This document shows, piece by piece, positions 1 to 10,416 of a stretch of DNA of 64,000 bases. The translations under genes were made by a program, and so were the position numbers. The stretch is from NCBI GenBank assembly GCA_964444735.1, contig CAYUIJ010000002.1, forward strand, positions 22,781 through 86,780. The letters run 5' to 3'. The DNA is from an uncultured Bacteroides sp. Its GTDB lineage: Bacteria; Bacteroidota; Bacteroidia; Bacteroidales; Bacteroidaceae. A model generated the notes under the pieces. That model did not search any database. It saw only the letters and a list, made by a program, of their open reading frames with translations, and was not told the DNA's origin. Within the stretch, counting starts at the first letter, position 1. Each line of letters begins with the position of its first letter.

Positions 1-207
1 ATAATAGCCGCTAATCCAAATACCGGCATGGCTGCCTTGGTTTACCTTGATATTGAGCAATATATTATAGAGATTGACGATAATTTCCTGCGTAAACACA
101 TATTCTTCGATTTCAGTACATACAGTGTCTTCTCTCAAATCGGATACGGAAACCGCCGGATTTACTTTTCTATCAAGTTCTCTTTCGTATAAATCCTTAA
201 ACTTCAT
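1..207 (-). CDS. brxC: BREX P-loop ATPase BrxC, 5' part (runs off the window)
   Basis: Manual translation from ATG at 207: MKFKDLYERELDRKVNPAVSV...IEEYVFTQEI...HAGIWISGYY, ending just before the expected GSGKS Walker A; directly downstream of brxB. Confidence 0.85.
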   Translation of the reverse strand, partial: MKFKDLYERELDRKVNPAVSVSDLREDTVCTEIEEYVFTQEIIVNLYNILLNIKVNQGSHAGIWISGYY

Positions 208-826
208 ATTGATGCGTTTTTATGTTGACTAACAAGGTGGCACGATATGTATGGGCGTCGTCTAATGTGTCAAACAACGAGAAGGAATTGCCTTCCTGAT
301 GACCCGGATAGAAGAGGATGATTTTATATCGTGACGTATCATTATACTTCTCGTAACGGGTAAGAAACACATTGGCCCGCAAATAAGGAAACATCTTTCC
401 AATGCCGTAAACAAATACATAAGGCTTGTTCAAACCGTCATTGATTTCAAGATACCGTTCTATGCGGTCATGTATAAAACTGATAAACCGATCAGAGTTG
501 GCTTCGTTTGTCAATTCGGCGGTGACTATGTCCGGCTGAGTCTGATCGTCTTCCAGTGTTACATCAAAGAGGGAATCCGGGCCGAATTTTTCTGCTTTCA
601 GATAATCACAAAACGCTTGGAACAAATCCAGCAGCATTGCGTTTACAAAACTGGCAGGCCGTTCCAGGTTCTGCTTGAACACGACCAACTGGCGCCGTAT
701 CTCATACTCTTTTGCGGCAGAATATTGATAAATATAGTAGTTATAGAAGATGTTGCCGCTCCTTACATCTTGAAACGCCGGACTGTTAAGATAGTCGTAT
801 AGCTCCTGTATGGTCATGCTCTCCAT
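197..826 (-). CDS. brxB: BREX protein BrxB (DUF1788-like)
   Basis: YVFVYGIGKMFPYLR and ILFYPG...YRA motifs; lies between brxA and brxC. Likely start 826 or 817 (the latter gives an ATGA overlap with the brxA stop), not 889. Confidence 0.8.
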   Translation of the reverse strand: MESMTIQELYDYLNSPAFQDVRSGNIFYNYYIYQYSAAKEYEIRRQLVVFKQNLERPASFVNAMLLDLFQAFCDYLKAEKFGPDSLFDVTLEDDQTQPDIVTAELTNEANSDRFISFIHDRIERYLEINDGLNKPYVFVYGIGKMFPYLRANVFLTRYEKYNDTSRYKIILFYPGHQEGNSFSLFDTLDDAHTYRATLLVNIKTHQYEV

Positions 827-1461
827 GGCTGCTGTTTTTTTATTTCGTTTATCTCGTAAGGATAAAGCAGACAGGCCTCTAAAAACCACTCCTCGCCATT
901 ACGCATATAATATTCATAATCGGGCGTTTCCAGGCGAAGCGCGCGGAGTGTGTCTGTCTTCTCCTGCAGCAGTCCGGCCTGGCGCAAAATGGTCAGATAT
1001 TGGCTGGCGCATCTGTTCTTGGTGTTCTCGGTCCAGCTGTCTACAAACGCGTCTCTTGAAGATATTTCGCCAAATTCCATCATAAGATCATTCTTGCAAA
1101 GTGTCTGTTCTACGGAATTCCATCGCTTGATAGTAACATTAAAATGGAAATCAAAAGCCAGTTTATATGCTTTCAGGATAGCATATAGCAACCCTGCCCG
1201 TTGAGCCTGTTCTCCCATGGCTGGAAACCGTGTCCAGAACAAAGCGGGTACGGCATTATATCTTCGTTTGAACTCCGTAATGAAAGTTTGTCTTGCCTTT
1301 TGCGAGTTTACCTGTAAGATACGATTGTTTATGACTTCGTCTTTTAATAGTTCTGTCGCGTTCTTTTCCATTAACACAGGAAGAATACGGATAAATTCAT
1401 TGTAAAGAAAAGAACAGCCTGTTATGGCTGCCGTATACGGGCTGTTATTCTTGTTTGTCAT
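814..1461 (-). CDS. brxA: BREX protein BrxA (DUF1819-like)
   Basis: 215 aa; YTAAITG N-terminus, W(T)ENTKNR...LRQAGLL motif; first gene of the brxABC order. Confidence 0.85.
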   Translation of the reverse strand: MTNKNNSPYTAAITGCSFLYNEFIRILPVLMEKNATELLKDEVINNRILQVNSQKARQTFITEFKRRYNAVPALFWTRFPAMGEQAQRAGLLYAILKAYKLAFDFHFNVTIKRWNSVEQTLCKNDLMMEFGEISSRDAFVDSWTENTKNRCASQYLTILRQAGLLQEKTDTLRALRLETPDYEYYMRNGEEWFLEACLLYPYEINEIKKQQPWRA

Positions 1462-1476
1462 ATATTGTCAAAGACT

Positions 1477-1677
1477 TTATTGTCGGATCAGTTCACTAAT
1501 ATCTACTTCCAGGCATTTGGCAATTTGAAGCAGGTTCTCTAATGTGGGCTGGGCATTATTTGTACACCACTTGGAAATCGTAGAAGGGTCTTTCCCTAAT
1601 TGCCCTGCAAGCCATTTATTGGTGCGTTTTTTCTCTGCCAGTATTACTTTCAGCCGGTTCAGATCTTTATTTTCCAT
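1477..1677 (-). CDS. XRE/Cro-family helix-turn-helix regulator
   Basis: 66 aa; WLAGQLGKDPSTISKWCTN...QPTLENL HTH signature; 15 bp upstream of brxA. Confidence 0.9.
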   Translation of the reverse strand: MENKDLNRLKVILAEKKRTNKWLAGQLGKDPSTISKWCTNNAQPTLENLLQIAKCLEVDISELIRQ

Positions 1678-1699
1678 ACATGCTTGTATTTATTTACTA

Positions 1700-1707
1700 C
1701 AAAAATA
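1700..1707 (-). promoter_or_regulatory. Bacteroidetes -7 promoter element for the HTH-brx operon
   Basis: TATTTTTG (TAnnTTTG) on the minus strand, about 22 bp upstream of the HTH start. Confidence 0.5.
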
Positions 1708-2086
1708 ATGTTTTTCAATCAATATCATTCTATAAGTAGAAAAAAGATTAGTCTGCAAATTGATAAATTGACTAAGGAACCATTTTGGCAAGCCGTTGCC
1801 ATATATGCTAAGTCTCTGACACGATAGCCGTCATAGGCCCTGTGGCTGTCTCTAAAAACGGCTGTCAGGCTTGAGCGCGGTTGACTAATCTGCTTTACAC
1901 GCTGAATGAGATAAGACATGACTTGTGTTTTTGTTTCAGCCGTCTTTTCATTGAATGGCAATCATCAATGCCGTCATGGTTGCCTATGGGGTAAACATGG
2001 CTATTTTTGGTGTAGGCACAGAGTAAGGCGAATGCCGTGCATCCGGCTCGTTTTTGCGGTCGGGCGTACGGGCCGTCCAAGCGCAA

Positions 2087-2129
2087 ATCAGGCTGTAACT
2101 TCCGCAAAAACAGTGAGTTACAGCCTGAT
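2087..2129 (-). terminator. Terminator-like hairpin after ppdK
   Basis: ATCAGGCTGTAACT...AGTTACAGCCTGAT, 14-bp inverted repeat just downstream of the ppdK stop. Confidence 0.65.
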
Positions 2130-2155
2130 ATTAAAAATTCGATTTATTTCGCGGA

Positions 2156-4876
2156 TTAACCCTCAATAGCCGCCTGCGCCGCAGCCAGTCTTGCAATGGG
2201 CACACGATAAGGAGAACAACTTACATAGTCCAATCCTACGCGGTGGCAGAATTTGACAGAAGAGGGCTCGCCTCCGTGCTCGCCGCAGATACCGCATTTA
2301 AGGTCCGCACGCACGGAACGTCCTTTCTCAGTGGCTATCTTAATCAGCTGTCCGACTCCGTTTTGATCAAGAACCTGGAACGGGTCTACTTTCAATATCT
2401 TCTTTTCAAGATAGACCGGCAGGAATGAAGCGATATCGTCACGTGAATAACCGAAAGTCATCTGAGTCAGGTCATTTGTCCCGAATGAGAAGAATTCCGC
2501 TTTTGACGCGATTCTGTTAGCGGTTAAAGCCGCGCGCGGAACCTCAATCATTGTACCTACCTTGTATTCAATAGACTCATTCATCTCACTGAACAATCTG
2601 TTGGCTTCGGCGCGTATGATTTTCTCCTGGGCCTCGAACTCATACAGGATGCCTGTGAGAGGAACCATGATTTCAGGACGGCATACAACGCCTTCTTTCT
2701 TTAATTCCAAGGCTGCGCCCAGTATGGCGCGCGTTTGCATTTGCGTTATTTCCGGATAGGTGTTTCCCAAACGGCATCCGCGGTGTCCGAGCATTGGGTT
2801 TTGCTCTTTTAATGCTTCAACGCGTTTCTTGATGTAGTCTATGCCCGTATGCATCGCATCCGCCATCTCCTGCTGTCCTTTTTCATCATGCGGAACAAAT
2901 TCGTGCAAAGGAGGATCAAGCAGACGGACCGTTACAGGATAACCGTTCATCGCGCGGAATATTCCCTTGAAATCTTCTTTCTGATATGGCAGGATCTTCT
3001 CCAATGCTTTCTGGCGTCCTTCCGCGTTTTCTGCAAGGATCATCTCACGCATGGCCTTGATTTTCTCGCCTTCAAAGAACATGTGTTCCGTACGGCAAAG
3101 ACCGATGCCGACCGCCCCGAAATCGCGGGCGACGGAAGCATCGTGCGGAGTATCGGCATTTGTGCGTACCTGCAGGCGGGTATATTTGTCGCACAGATCC
3201 ATCAGGTCCGCGAAATCGCCGGATACTTCGGCGGCTTTCGTCATAACCTGGCCCTGATATACTTGTCCGGTTGTTCCGTTCAACGAAATGAAATCGCCTT
3301 CTTTCAAAAGAAGTCCGTCTGCTTCAACAGTCCTTTCCTTGTAGTTGATGTTCAGCATGCCTGCTCCCGATACGCAGCATTTACCCATGCCGCGTGCGAC
3401 AACCGCCGCGTGCGATGTCATGCCTCCTCTTGCTGTCAGGATGCCTTCCGCAACCTGCATGCCCGCCAGATCTTCGGGCGAGGTCTCAATACGTACCATA
3501 ATGACTTTATGCCCGTCTGAAGCCCATTTGGCGGCATCGTCCGCAAAAAACACAATGCGTCCGCATGCCGCGCCCGGTGAGGCGGGAAGCCCTTTGGCGA
3601 TGACTTTTGCGTTTGCCAGTGCCGTCTTGTCAAAAACACGGTGAAGAAGCTCATCCAGTTTGTTGGGCTCTACCCGTAAGACAGCCGTTTTCTCATCAAT
3701 CATGCCTTGTCTGAGCAGATCCATTGCTATCTTTACCATAGCGGCGCCTGTACGCTTGCCGTTACGGGTCTGCAAGAACCAAAGCTTGCCTTCTTGAACG
3801 GTAAACTCCATATCCTGCATGTCTCGATAGTGGTTTTCCAGTTTGGTTTGAATGGAATCCAGCTCTTTGTAAATGGCGGGCATCGCCTCTTCCATCGACG
3901 GATATTTGCCGGCACGCGTAGCCTCGTCTATTCCGGCAAGGGCCGCCCATCTGCGCGAGCCTTCAAGTGTAATCTGCTGCGGAGTGCGGATTCCGGCCAC
4001 CACATCCTCGCCTTGCGCGTTGATCAGGTATTCGCCGTTGAAAATGTCTTCACCCGTGGCGGCGTCTCGTGAGAAACATACTCCGGTTGCCGAAGTCTCG
4101 CCCATGTTTCCGAATACCATAGCCTGAACAGTGACAGCAGTGCCCCATTCGGCGGGAATGCCCTCCATCTTTCTGTATAAAATGGCCCTTTCGTTCATCC
4201 ATGAATCAAAAACGGCGCAGACGGCTCCCCACAGCTGTTCAAACGAATCTGTCGGGAAATCTTTTCCTGTCCGTGCTTTTACGGCTTCTTTAAAACGACG
4301 GACCAGTTCTTTTAAATCTTCAATGCCCAGTTCGTTGTCAAGCTTGACTCCCTTTTGTCTCTTTATATCTTCAATGACTGCTTCAAACGGGTCAATATCG
4401 TCTTTATTGCCGGGTTTCATTCCTAATACCACATCACCATACATTTGAATGAAACGGCGGTATGAATCCCAGGCAAAACGCGCGTTCCCCGTTTTCCTGG
4501 CCAGCCCCCCGACAACTTCGTCATTCAGTCCCAGATTCAGGATGGTATCCATCATGCCCGGCATTGAGGCCCGCGCGCCCGAACGCACGGAAACCAACAA
4601 GGGATTTTCAACATCACCGAATTTTGAGTTCATTAAAGTCTCGATATGACGGACGGCACCGGCAACCTCATCCTTTAAAAGCCCTACGACCCTTTCCTTG
4701 CCAATAGCATAATATTCGTTGCATACATCGGTCGTAATCGTAAACCCCGGAGGAACCGGAACCCCTATTAAATTCATTTCTGCAAGGTTCGCGCCTTTGC
4801 CTCCCAGTAAATTCCGCATGTCCGCTCTACCTTCGGCCTTTCCGTTACCGAAAGTATATATTCGTTTTTCACTCAT
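2156..4876 (-). CDS. ppdK: Pyruvate, phosphate dikinase
   Basis: LLGGKGANLAEM, GGMTSHAAVVARG phospho-His motif, FSFGTNDLTQ; 906 aa. Confidence 0.98.
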   Translation of the reverse strand: MSEKRIYTFGNGKAEGRADMRNLLGGKGANLAEMNLIGVPVPPGFTITTDVCNEYYAIGKERVVGLLKDEVAGAVRHIETLMNSKFGDVENPLLVSVRSGARASMPGMMDTILNLGLNDEVVGGLARKTGNARFAWDSYRRFIQMYGDVVLGMKPGNKDDIDPFEAVIEDIKRQKGVKLDNELGIEDLKELVRRFKEAVKARTGKDFPTDSFEQLWGAVCAVFDSWMNERAILYRKMEGIPAEWGTAVTVQAMVFGNMGETSATGVCFSRDAATGEDIFNGEYLINAQGEDVVAGIRTPQQITLEGSRRWAALAGIDEATRAGKYPSMEEAMPAIYKELDSIQTKLENHYRDMQDMEFTVQEGKLWFLQTRNGKRTGAAMVKIAMDLLRQGMIDEKTAVLRVEPNKLDELLHRVFDKTALANAKVIAKGLPASPGAACGRIVFFADDAAKWASDGHKVIMVRIETSPEDLAGMQVAEGILTARGGMTSHAAVVARGMGKCCVSGAGMLNINYKERTVEADGLLLKEGDFISLNGTTGQVYQGQVMTKAAEVSGDFADLMDLCDKYTRLQVRTNADTPHDASVARDFGAVGIGLCRTEHMFFEGEKIKAMREMILAENAEGRQKALEKILPYQKEDFKGIFRAMNGYPVTVRLLDPPLHEFVPHDEKGQQEMADAMHTGIDYIKKRVEALKEQNPMLGHRGCRLGNTYPEITQMQTRAILGAALELKKEGVVCRPEIMVPLTGILYEFEAQEKIIRAEANRLFSEMNESIEYKVGTMIEVPRAALTANRIASKAEFFSFGTNDLTQMTFGYSRDDIASFLPVYLEKKILKVDPFQVLDQNGVGQLIKIATEKGRSVRADLKCGICGEHGGEPSSVKFCHRVGLDYVSCSPYRVPIARLAAAQAAIEG

Positions 4877-4922
4877 AACTGATAAAAATTTAAAGAATCA
4901 TTTTTTTTGAATTATTTACAAG

Positions 4923-5042
4923 CAAAGTTAAGTATTATTTGCAAAAGCAAGAAGCATATTGTAAAAAATAAGTGTAAAATGACAAAAAATGTGCATTATA
5001 TAGTTTATAACGCGTTTTTTCCCGGCATTTCCGCTATCTTTG
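4923..5042. promoter_or_regulatory. Divergent ppdK / rlmD promoters
   Basis: TAACTTTG on minus (4923-4930) and TATCTTTG on plus (5035-5042). Confidence 0.55.
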
Positions 5043-5069
5043 CAAAGGAATTTATCATACTGGCTTGGA

Positions 5070-6503
5070 ATGGCTCGAAAGAAAAAGCAACTGCCTTTAC
5101 TTGAAAAAGTGACTATAAGCGATATCGCCGCGGAGGGGAAAGCATTGGCCCGTGTAAATGAGCTGGTGATTTTTGTTCCGTATGTGGTTCCCGGAGATGT
5201 CGTAGACTTGCGGATTACGCGAAAGAGAAGCCGTTATGCGGAGGCTGTGGCCGTTCGTTTTCACGAATATTCCTCGAAGCGCGTGGCTCCCTTTTGCCGG
5301 CATTACGGCGTGTGTGGCGGCTGTAAGTGGCAATGCGTTCCTTATGACGAGCAAATCAGATATAAGCGGCGGCAGGTGTTTGACAGCTTGGCCCGGATAG
5401 GGAAAATGGAGCTGCCGGAGATCCTGCCGGTCCTGGGTTCTGAGAAGACTGTCTTTTATCGCAATAAGCTGGAATATGCTTTTTCCAGCAGACGCTGGCT
5501 GACTGAGGAAGAAATCAAGGAAGGCGCCGTATATGACCGGATGAATGCCGTGGGATTCCATATTCCGGATGCCTTTGACAAGGTTCTTGATATAGAGAAA
5601 TGCTGGCTGCAGGATGACGTTTCCAATCAGATACGCAATGCCATTCGTGATTACGCGTATGCCCGCGATTATTCCTTTTTCAATTTCAGGGCTAAGGAAG
5701 GCGAGGACAGAGGCCTGCTGCGTAATCTGATGATTCGCACTTCCTCGGCAACAGGCGAGCTGATGGTGCTGCTGCAATGTTGCGTGCATAGCGGGGCAGA
5801 TCTGTCAAAGGTTCATGCGCTGCTGGAATATGTCGCGGAGACTTTCCCGCAGATAACCTCATTGCTTTACGTTGTCAATAACAAATGCAACGATACGATT
5901 AATGATCTGGACGTGCATGTGTTTAAAGGGAAAGATCATCTGTTTGAGGAAATGGAAGGCCTTCGTTTCAAAATAGGCCCGAAATCCTTTTATCAGACAA
6001 ACAGCGGGCAGGCATATAACTTATACAAGATTGTCCGTGATTTTGCCGGACTTACGGGAACAGAGCTTGTGTATGACCTTTACACGGGAACAGGGACAAT
6101 TGCCAGTTTCGTATCACGCAATGCCGGCAGGGTTATCGGAATAGAATATGTTCCGGAAGCGGTGGAGGATGCGAGGGTTAATTCGGCCGTTAACGGAATT
6201 GACAACACATTGTTTTTTGCAGGCGACATGAAGGATATTCTCACTCAGGATTTTATCAGCCGGCATGGACATCCTGACGTAGTCATTACGGATCCCCCTC
6301 GCGCCGGCATGCATCCGGATGTCATTGGCTCGGTCTTGTCCGCGGGGGCGAGGCGCGTTGTATATGTAAGCTGCAATCCTGCAACGCAGGCCCGTGATTT
6401 GCAGTTGCTTGATTCCGGATATAAGATAAAGGCGGTACAGCCGGTAGACATGTTTCCGCATACCCAGCATGTGGAAAATGTCGTTTTATTGGAAAAGAGA
6501 TAA
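5070..6503 (+). CDS. rlmD: 23S rRNA m5U1939 methyltransferase
   Basis: TRAM N-terminus, CRHYGVCGGC Fe-S motif, DLYTGTG, DPPRAG, YVSCNPAT, DMFPHT; likely start MARKK at 5070. Confidence 0.93.
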   Translation: MARKKKQLPLLEKVTISDIAAEGKALARVNELVIFVPYVVPGDVVDLRITRKRSRYAEAVAVRFHEYSSKRVAPFCRHYGVCGGCKWQCVPYDEQIRYKRRQVFDSLARIGKMELPEILPVLGSEKTVFYRNKLEYAFSSRRWLTEEEIKEGAVYDRMNAVGFHIPDAFDKVLDIEKCWLQDDVSNQIRNAIRDYAYARDYSFFNFRAKEGEDRGLLRNLMIRTSSATGELMVLLQCCVHSGADLSKVHALLEYVAETFPQITSLLYVVNNKCNDTINDLDVHVFKGKDHLFEEMEGLRFKIGPKSFYQTNSGQAYNLYKIVRDFAGLTGTELVYDLYTGTGTIASFVSRNAGRVIGIEYVPEAVEDARVNSAVNGIDNTLFFAGDMKDILTQDFISRHGHPDVVITDPPRAGMHPDVIGSVLSAGARRVVYVSCNPATQARDLQLLDSGYKIKAVQPVDMFPHTQHVENVVLLEKR

Positions 6504-6509
6504 GCTGTT

Positions 6510-7454
6510 ATGAGCGGGACAAGAAAGGATGACGCGCCGTGCTCTCCGCTGTCAATGACCGGATATACGGTGTTTCAAGTGCGTCAAAGCACGGAGCTGA
6601 TGCGGTTTCTGACGGAAAGGATGAAAGGTGCCGGCCGTAATAAGGTGAAATCGCTGCTGGCGAAAAAAGCCGTGTATGTAAATCAGGAAATGACTACCCG
6701 CTATGATTTTCAGCTGCGGCCCGGCATGAAGGTACAGATTGGCAATGCACGCGGGCTAAAGGAATTCAGGAGCTCCGTGCTGAAAATCGTATATGAGGAC
6801 GCCTGCCTGATTGTCATCGAGAAGCGTGAAGGCCTGTTGTCTGTGGCGACCAGCCGTGAAAAGGAGCGGACGGCCCATTCTGTCCTGAATGAATATGTAC
6901 GGCGCTCGGGGCGCGGACATCGCGTCTTTATTGTGCACCGCCTTGATCGGGACACATCCGGCTTGATGGTTTTTGCAAAGGATGTCATGACGAAGCGGAA
7001 ACTACAGGACAACTGGAAAGAGATTGTTACGGATCGCCGCTATGTGGCGGTTGTTTCCGGATATGTCAGACAAGACAGCGGAACCATTGTCTCCTGGATA
7101 AAAGACAACAAGATGCACGTCAGCTATTCCGGCATGTCAGACAATGGGGGTGATAAAGCCGTTACACATTATAAGGTAATCAAAAGGGCCAACGGATATT
7201 CTCTGCTGGAATTGGAGCTGGAAACGGGCCGCAAGAATCAGATTCGTGTTCATATGCACGATATCAGGCATCCGGTGATTGGAGATAAGAAGTATGGAGA
7301 CGGCGTCAATCCTATCGGCCGTTTGGGGCTTCACGCTTTTAAATTACACTTCTATCACCCCGTTACTGGCAGGCTGATGAAATTTGAGACTCCCTGTCCT
7401 TCAGCATTTAAGGGCCTTTTGTTGAAGAAAGGCAATAATGCGGGGCAATACTGA
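6510..7454 (+). CDS. RluA-family pseudouridine synthase
   Basis: HRLDRDTSG catalytic motif, TGRKNQIRVH, GDKKYG. Confidence 0.93.
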   Translation: MSGTRKDDAPCSPLSMTGYTVFQVRQSTELMRFLTERMKGAGRNKVKSLLAKKAVYVNQEMTTRYDFQLRPGMKVQIGNARGLKEFRSSVLKIVYEDACLIVIEKREGLLSVATSREKERTAHSVLNEYVRRSGRGHRVFIVHRLDRDTSGLMVFAKDVMTKRKLQDNWKEIVTDRRYVAVVSGYVRQDSGTIVSWIKDNKMHVSYSGMSDNGGDKAVTHYKVIKRANGYSLLELELETGRKNQIRVHMHDIRHPVIGDKKYGDGVNPIGRLGLHAFKLHFYHPVTGRLMKFETPCPSAFKGLLLKKGNNAGQY

Positions 7455-7540
7455 TGAATCTTCCGTATCGGAAAAAGAACGGCATTCAAGGATTTTTATG
7501 AGATTCACTGAGCTGTTCTTGCGGACGGATAATTTCCTCT

Positions 7541-8347
7541 TTACAGGATAAATCTTTCAATCACATGAGCTACTCCATCGTCATCGTTCGAGCAAGTGAC
7601 ATAATCGGCATGCCCGCGCACTGTCTCTTGCGCGTTCCGCATGGCTACGCCCAACCCTGCATATTTGATCATCGACAGATCATTGAACCCGTCGCCGCAT
7701 GCAGCCGTCTCTTCCCTGGAAATGCCGAGCTTCTTTAGCAGGTATGCCAAGGACCGCGCCTTGTCTGTGCCTTTGGGAACCAGCTCCAGAAAGTACGGTT
7801 CCGAACGGTATACTTCCACCCGTCCCTTCAGACGGGCGTGCATTTCTTTTTCAAGGTTCACCAGTTTTGAAGGCTCGCCGGCAATCATGCATTTGCCTGT
7901 GGGGAATTGAACGGCTTGCAGGAAGCTGCTTACCTTTTTTAAAGTCATAACGCTCAGAACGGCTTCCTTTTGTACATATTCGTCTTCGGGATTTTCCGTA
8001 ATGACAAATTCCTTATGAAAGGTTATAATGGGAAAGCCGCTGTTCTTCGCGCATTGATACAGACAGGGGAGAATTTCCGGATCCAAGGTCTTTTTGTAAA
8101 GCGGCTCCTTGCTATGCCAGCTGATGATTTCGCCTCCGTTATATGAAAATATGTATCCTCCGTATTTGTCCAACCGTATTTCATCGGCGTACGGAGCAAT
8201 CCCGTATGCCGGTCTGCCCGAAGCCAGGACTATTCTTACACCGTTTTCCTGCGCCTGTCTTAGTGCGTCTGTCGTGCGCGGGGTGATTTGCCTATGACTG
8301 TTTGTCAGCGTTCCGTCCAAGTCGAGTGCCAGCAGTCTGTATCTCAT
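7541..8347 (-). CDS. Cof-type HAD-IIB hydrolase
   Basis: DLDGTL, ASGR, GDGFND motifs. Confidence 0.93.
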   Translation of the reverse strand: MRYRLLALDLDGTLTNSHRQITPRTTDALRQAQENGVRIVLASGRPAYGIAPYADEIRLDKYGGYIFSYNGGEIISWHSKEPLYKKTLDPEILPCLYQCAKNSGFPIITFHKEFVITENPEDEYVQKEAVLSVMTLKKVSSFLQAVQFPTGKCMIAGEPSKLVNLEKEMHARLKGRVEVYRSEPYFLELVPKGTDKARSLAYLLKKLGISREETAACGDGFNDLSMIKYAGLGVAMRNAQETVRGHADYVTCSNDDDGVAHVIERFIL

Positions 8348-8350
8348 GCC

Positions 8351-8878
8351 TTATTCTTTGTCGGCTGTTCGTAAAATCACGGTTGTGGCCCCTATTGTTA
8401 TTACGGCTCCATCCTCTATTCTGACCCGTTCCTTGTCGCCAAGCAGCTCATTCATTACATACGTGCCGCAGAGACTCCGGCAGTCACGCAGCGTATATGC
8501 CAGTGTTCCTTGCCTGTCTCTCTTTACATTGACAATGCAGTGCCTGCGGTCCATGTTACGATCCGAGCTTTCAATGGGGACTTCAATGTCCGTTCCCTTG
8601 CTGCGCCGGCCAATCACATTGTCTCCCTCCCTTAGGGGGAGCACTTGCTTGTATGCAAATGAATTCTCGATTACTACAATGCTTCCGAATTTGTCTCTGT
8701 TCTCCTGCCCGTCGGGCCTTTCGTCTTTTTGAAGGGTGTCAGGTCCTGATTTCCCGATCCGGATGCCGAATTGTTTCTTGCATTCATCACAGACAAAGAC
8801 CAGAGACTGCCCTTCCTTATATCTTGTCTCATCAAAAATGACGTAGTGATCACATTTCGGACAGCGGACCCGTTTCAT
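8351..8878 (-). CDS. Zinc-ribbon + FHA domain protein
   Basis: CPKC...CDEC then IGRRS...DRRHC...SLCGTY FHA pattern; likely start MKRVRC at 8878. Confidence 0.8.
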   Translation of the reverse strand: MKRVRCPKCDHYVIFDETRYKEGQSLVFVCDECKKQFGIRIGKSGPDTLQKDERPDGQENRDKFGSIVVIENSFAYKQVLPLREGDNVIGRRSKGTDIEVPIESSDRNMDRRHCIVNVKRDRQGTLAYTLRDCRSLCGTYVMNELLGDKERVRIEDGAVITIGATTVILRTADKE

Positions 8879-8892
8879 ATTGCCGTTTTTGT

Positions 8893-10107
8893 TTACTTGT
8901 CTATGGGGCGTGTGGTCAGCATCCATGCGTTTTCAAACATTTCGTTTTTCCTCAGCCCGGCCAGTTTGTCGCTTAACGATTCCTTATCACTGCCGCTCAT
9001 TATGGCAACCCGTATTTTCCCGTCGCGTTCAATGATTGCCGCGCCGCTGTAGCCTTTGTCCGCCAGTTGCCTTACAAAGGCCTCGGCACCCTGACGGCTC
9101 CCCGTGCTGGCCACAATAATGTGATATTGCGGCGCGTCATGCCGCCCTGCCGTTCCCTTTTCATCAGCCTGCCGCGATGCAGGGCCCGGCAAAGACGCGC
9201 TGCCGGAGCCTTCCCCGTTTGTTTCCCGCACCGGAGTGACTGCGGGTAGTTCTTTCCCGGTACTTGAGGCGGTGTTTTGCCGTGCGGGTTCCCTCATGCC
9301 GTCTTGTGTATCCGCCGGCCGCGTTTTATCCTCACGGATCTCTGCCGTTTCCTTGCCGCGCGCGCTTTCGGCCCGCCGTGAATGCCCGCCCTGCCGGTCG
9401 GGGTCTGCCGGCCGGTTCGCGCTCAGCAGGACAGTGGCCAGTGACTGGGCTTTTATTTGCTCAAACCGGCCGTTACCCCACAATGCGTAGCTTTCAGGCT
9501 CTACATAGGTGTTGTCTACAGGAACAGACAAGACGAAAAACAGCAATACGGCGGCCACCGCCGCAACGGCATTGCTCAGCCATGTACGGTTGATGCTTAT
9601 TACCAGTGTAGTGCGTTTTCCCTTTTTACCGGCATCATGCATGGCGACGGATTTTTTCCCGCCCTTTTCCCTGTCGGAAGCCAGTTGCTTAAGACTCTTC
9701 ATTTCAAATGCGGAAAAACCATACAGTGAAGGCGATCCGATTCCTTCCGCCTCGGGCTGGAACACGATATTCCCCTCAATATTCATGGTAAGAACGCCTA
9801 ATCCCGGAAATTGTACGGAACCTGACGCGCTTAATTCCTCACGCAGCCTGTCCGTGGCGCTTTCTACCATACGCATCGCCGCCGGATAACCGATATCATG
9901 CCGCTGCATATAGGATTGCGCCAGCAACCCGTCGTTGATTTGCAGCAGAGGATTGAATCCGAGTGTCTTGTATGGAGGCAAGAACGCATGGGTTTTCGCA
10001 TCATGGCGGGCCGGCGCGTAATATGTGATGAATCCTCCGAAACCGGGAATTATTACGCATTCATGCTCCTGAAGCAAGTCTTTTATATGAGGTATGAGTT
10101 CTTTCAT
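8893..10107 (-). CDS. HU-like (CCDC81-type) N-domain + TM + SPOR domain protein
   Basis: HECVIIPGFGGF N-terminus, central hydrophobic helix, C-terminal YHIIVAS...AW SPOR-like region; likely start MKELIPH at 10107. Confidence 0.8.
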   Translation of the reverse strand: MKELIPHIKDLLQEHECVIIPGFGGFITYYAPARHDAKTHAFLPPYKTLGFNPLLQINDGLLAQSYMQRHDIGYPAAMRMVESATDRLREELSASGSVQFPGLGVLTMNIEGNIVFQPEAEGIGSPSLYGFSAFEMKSLKQLASDREKGGKKSVAMHDAGKKGKRTTLVISINRTWLSNAVAAVAAVLLFFVLSVPVDNTYVEPESYALWGNGRFEQIKAQSLATVLLSANRPADPDRQGGHSRRAESARGKETAEIREDKTRPADTQDGMREPARQNTASSTGKELPAVTPVRETNGEGSGSASLPGPASRQADEKGTAGRHDAPQYHIIVASTGSRQGAEAFVRQLADKGYSGAAIIERDGKIRVAIMSGSDKESLSDKLAGLRKNEMFENAWMLTTRPIDK

Positions 10108-10416
10108 GCCGCTAATATAGCTGTTTATTTTATACGGGCCTATGTTTATATGGTTAAAATTCTTAAGAAAAAACGAACCGCGTCTGCACCGGAATTCACT
10201 ATCTTTACAATGTGGATTCGAAAAGTGTCTTTTTTTGGCGCGGCGAATGCCGCGGACACGGGCGGATTCCTGCCCCGGCGGAATGAAAGGCGGCTTGCAG
10301 GCAGGCATGCAGTGCAGGTGATTCAGACGGCGGGAGAGGGGAGCTCCCTGAGGCGCGGATACGGCAAGGCCGGACAACGGGCCCCGACATTGGAAAACAA
10401 CCAAGAAACAAGATAT

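Noticed and set aside
1725-2085. Short ORFs between the BREX HTH and ppdK (and the GC-richer spacer 11850-12070)
   Set aside because: No recognisable protein motif, repeat or RNA structure I could support.
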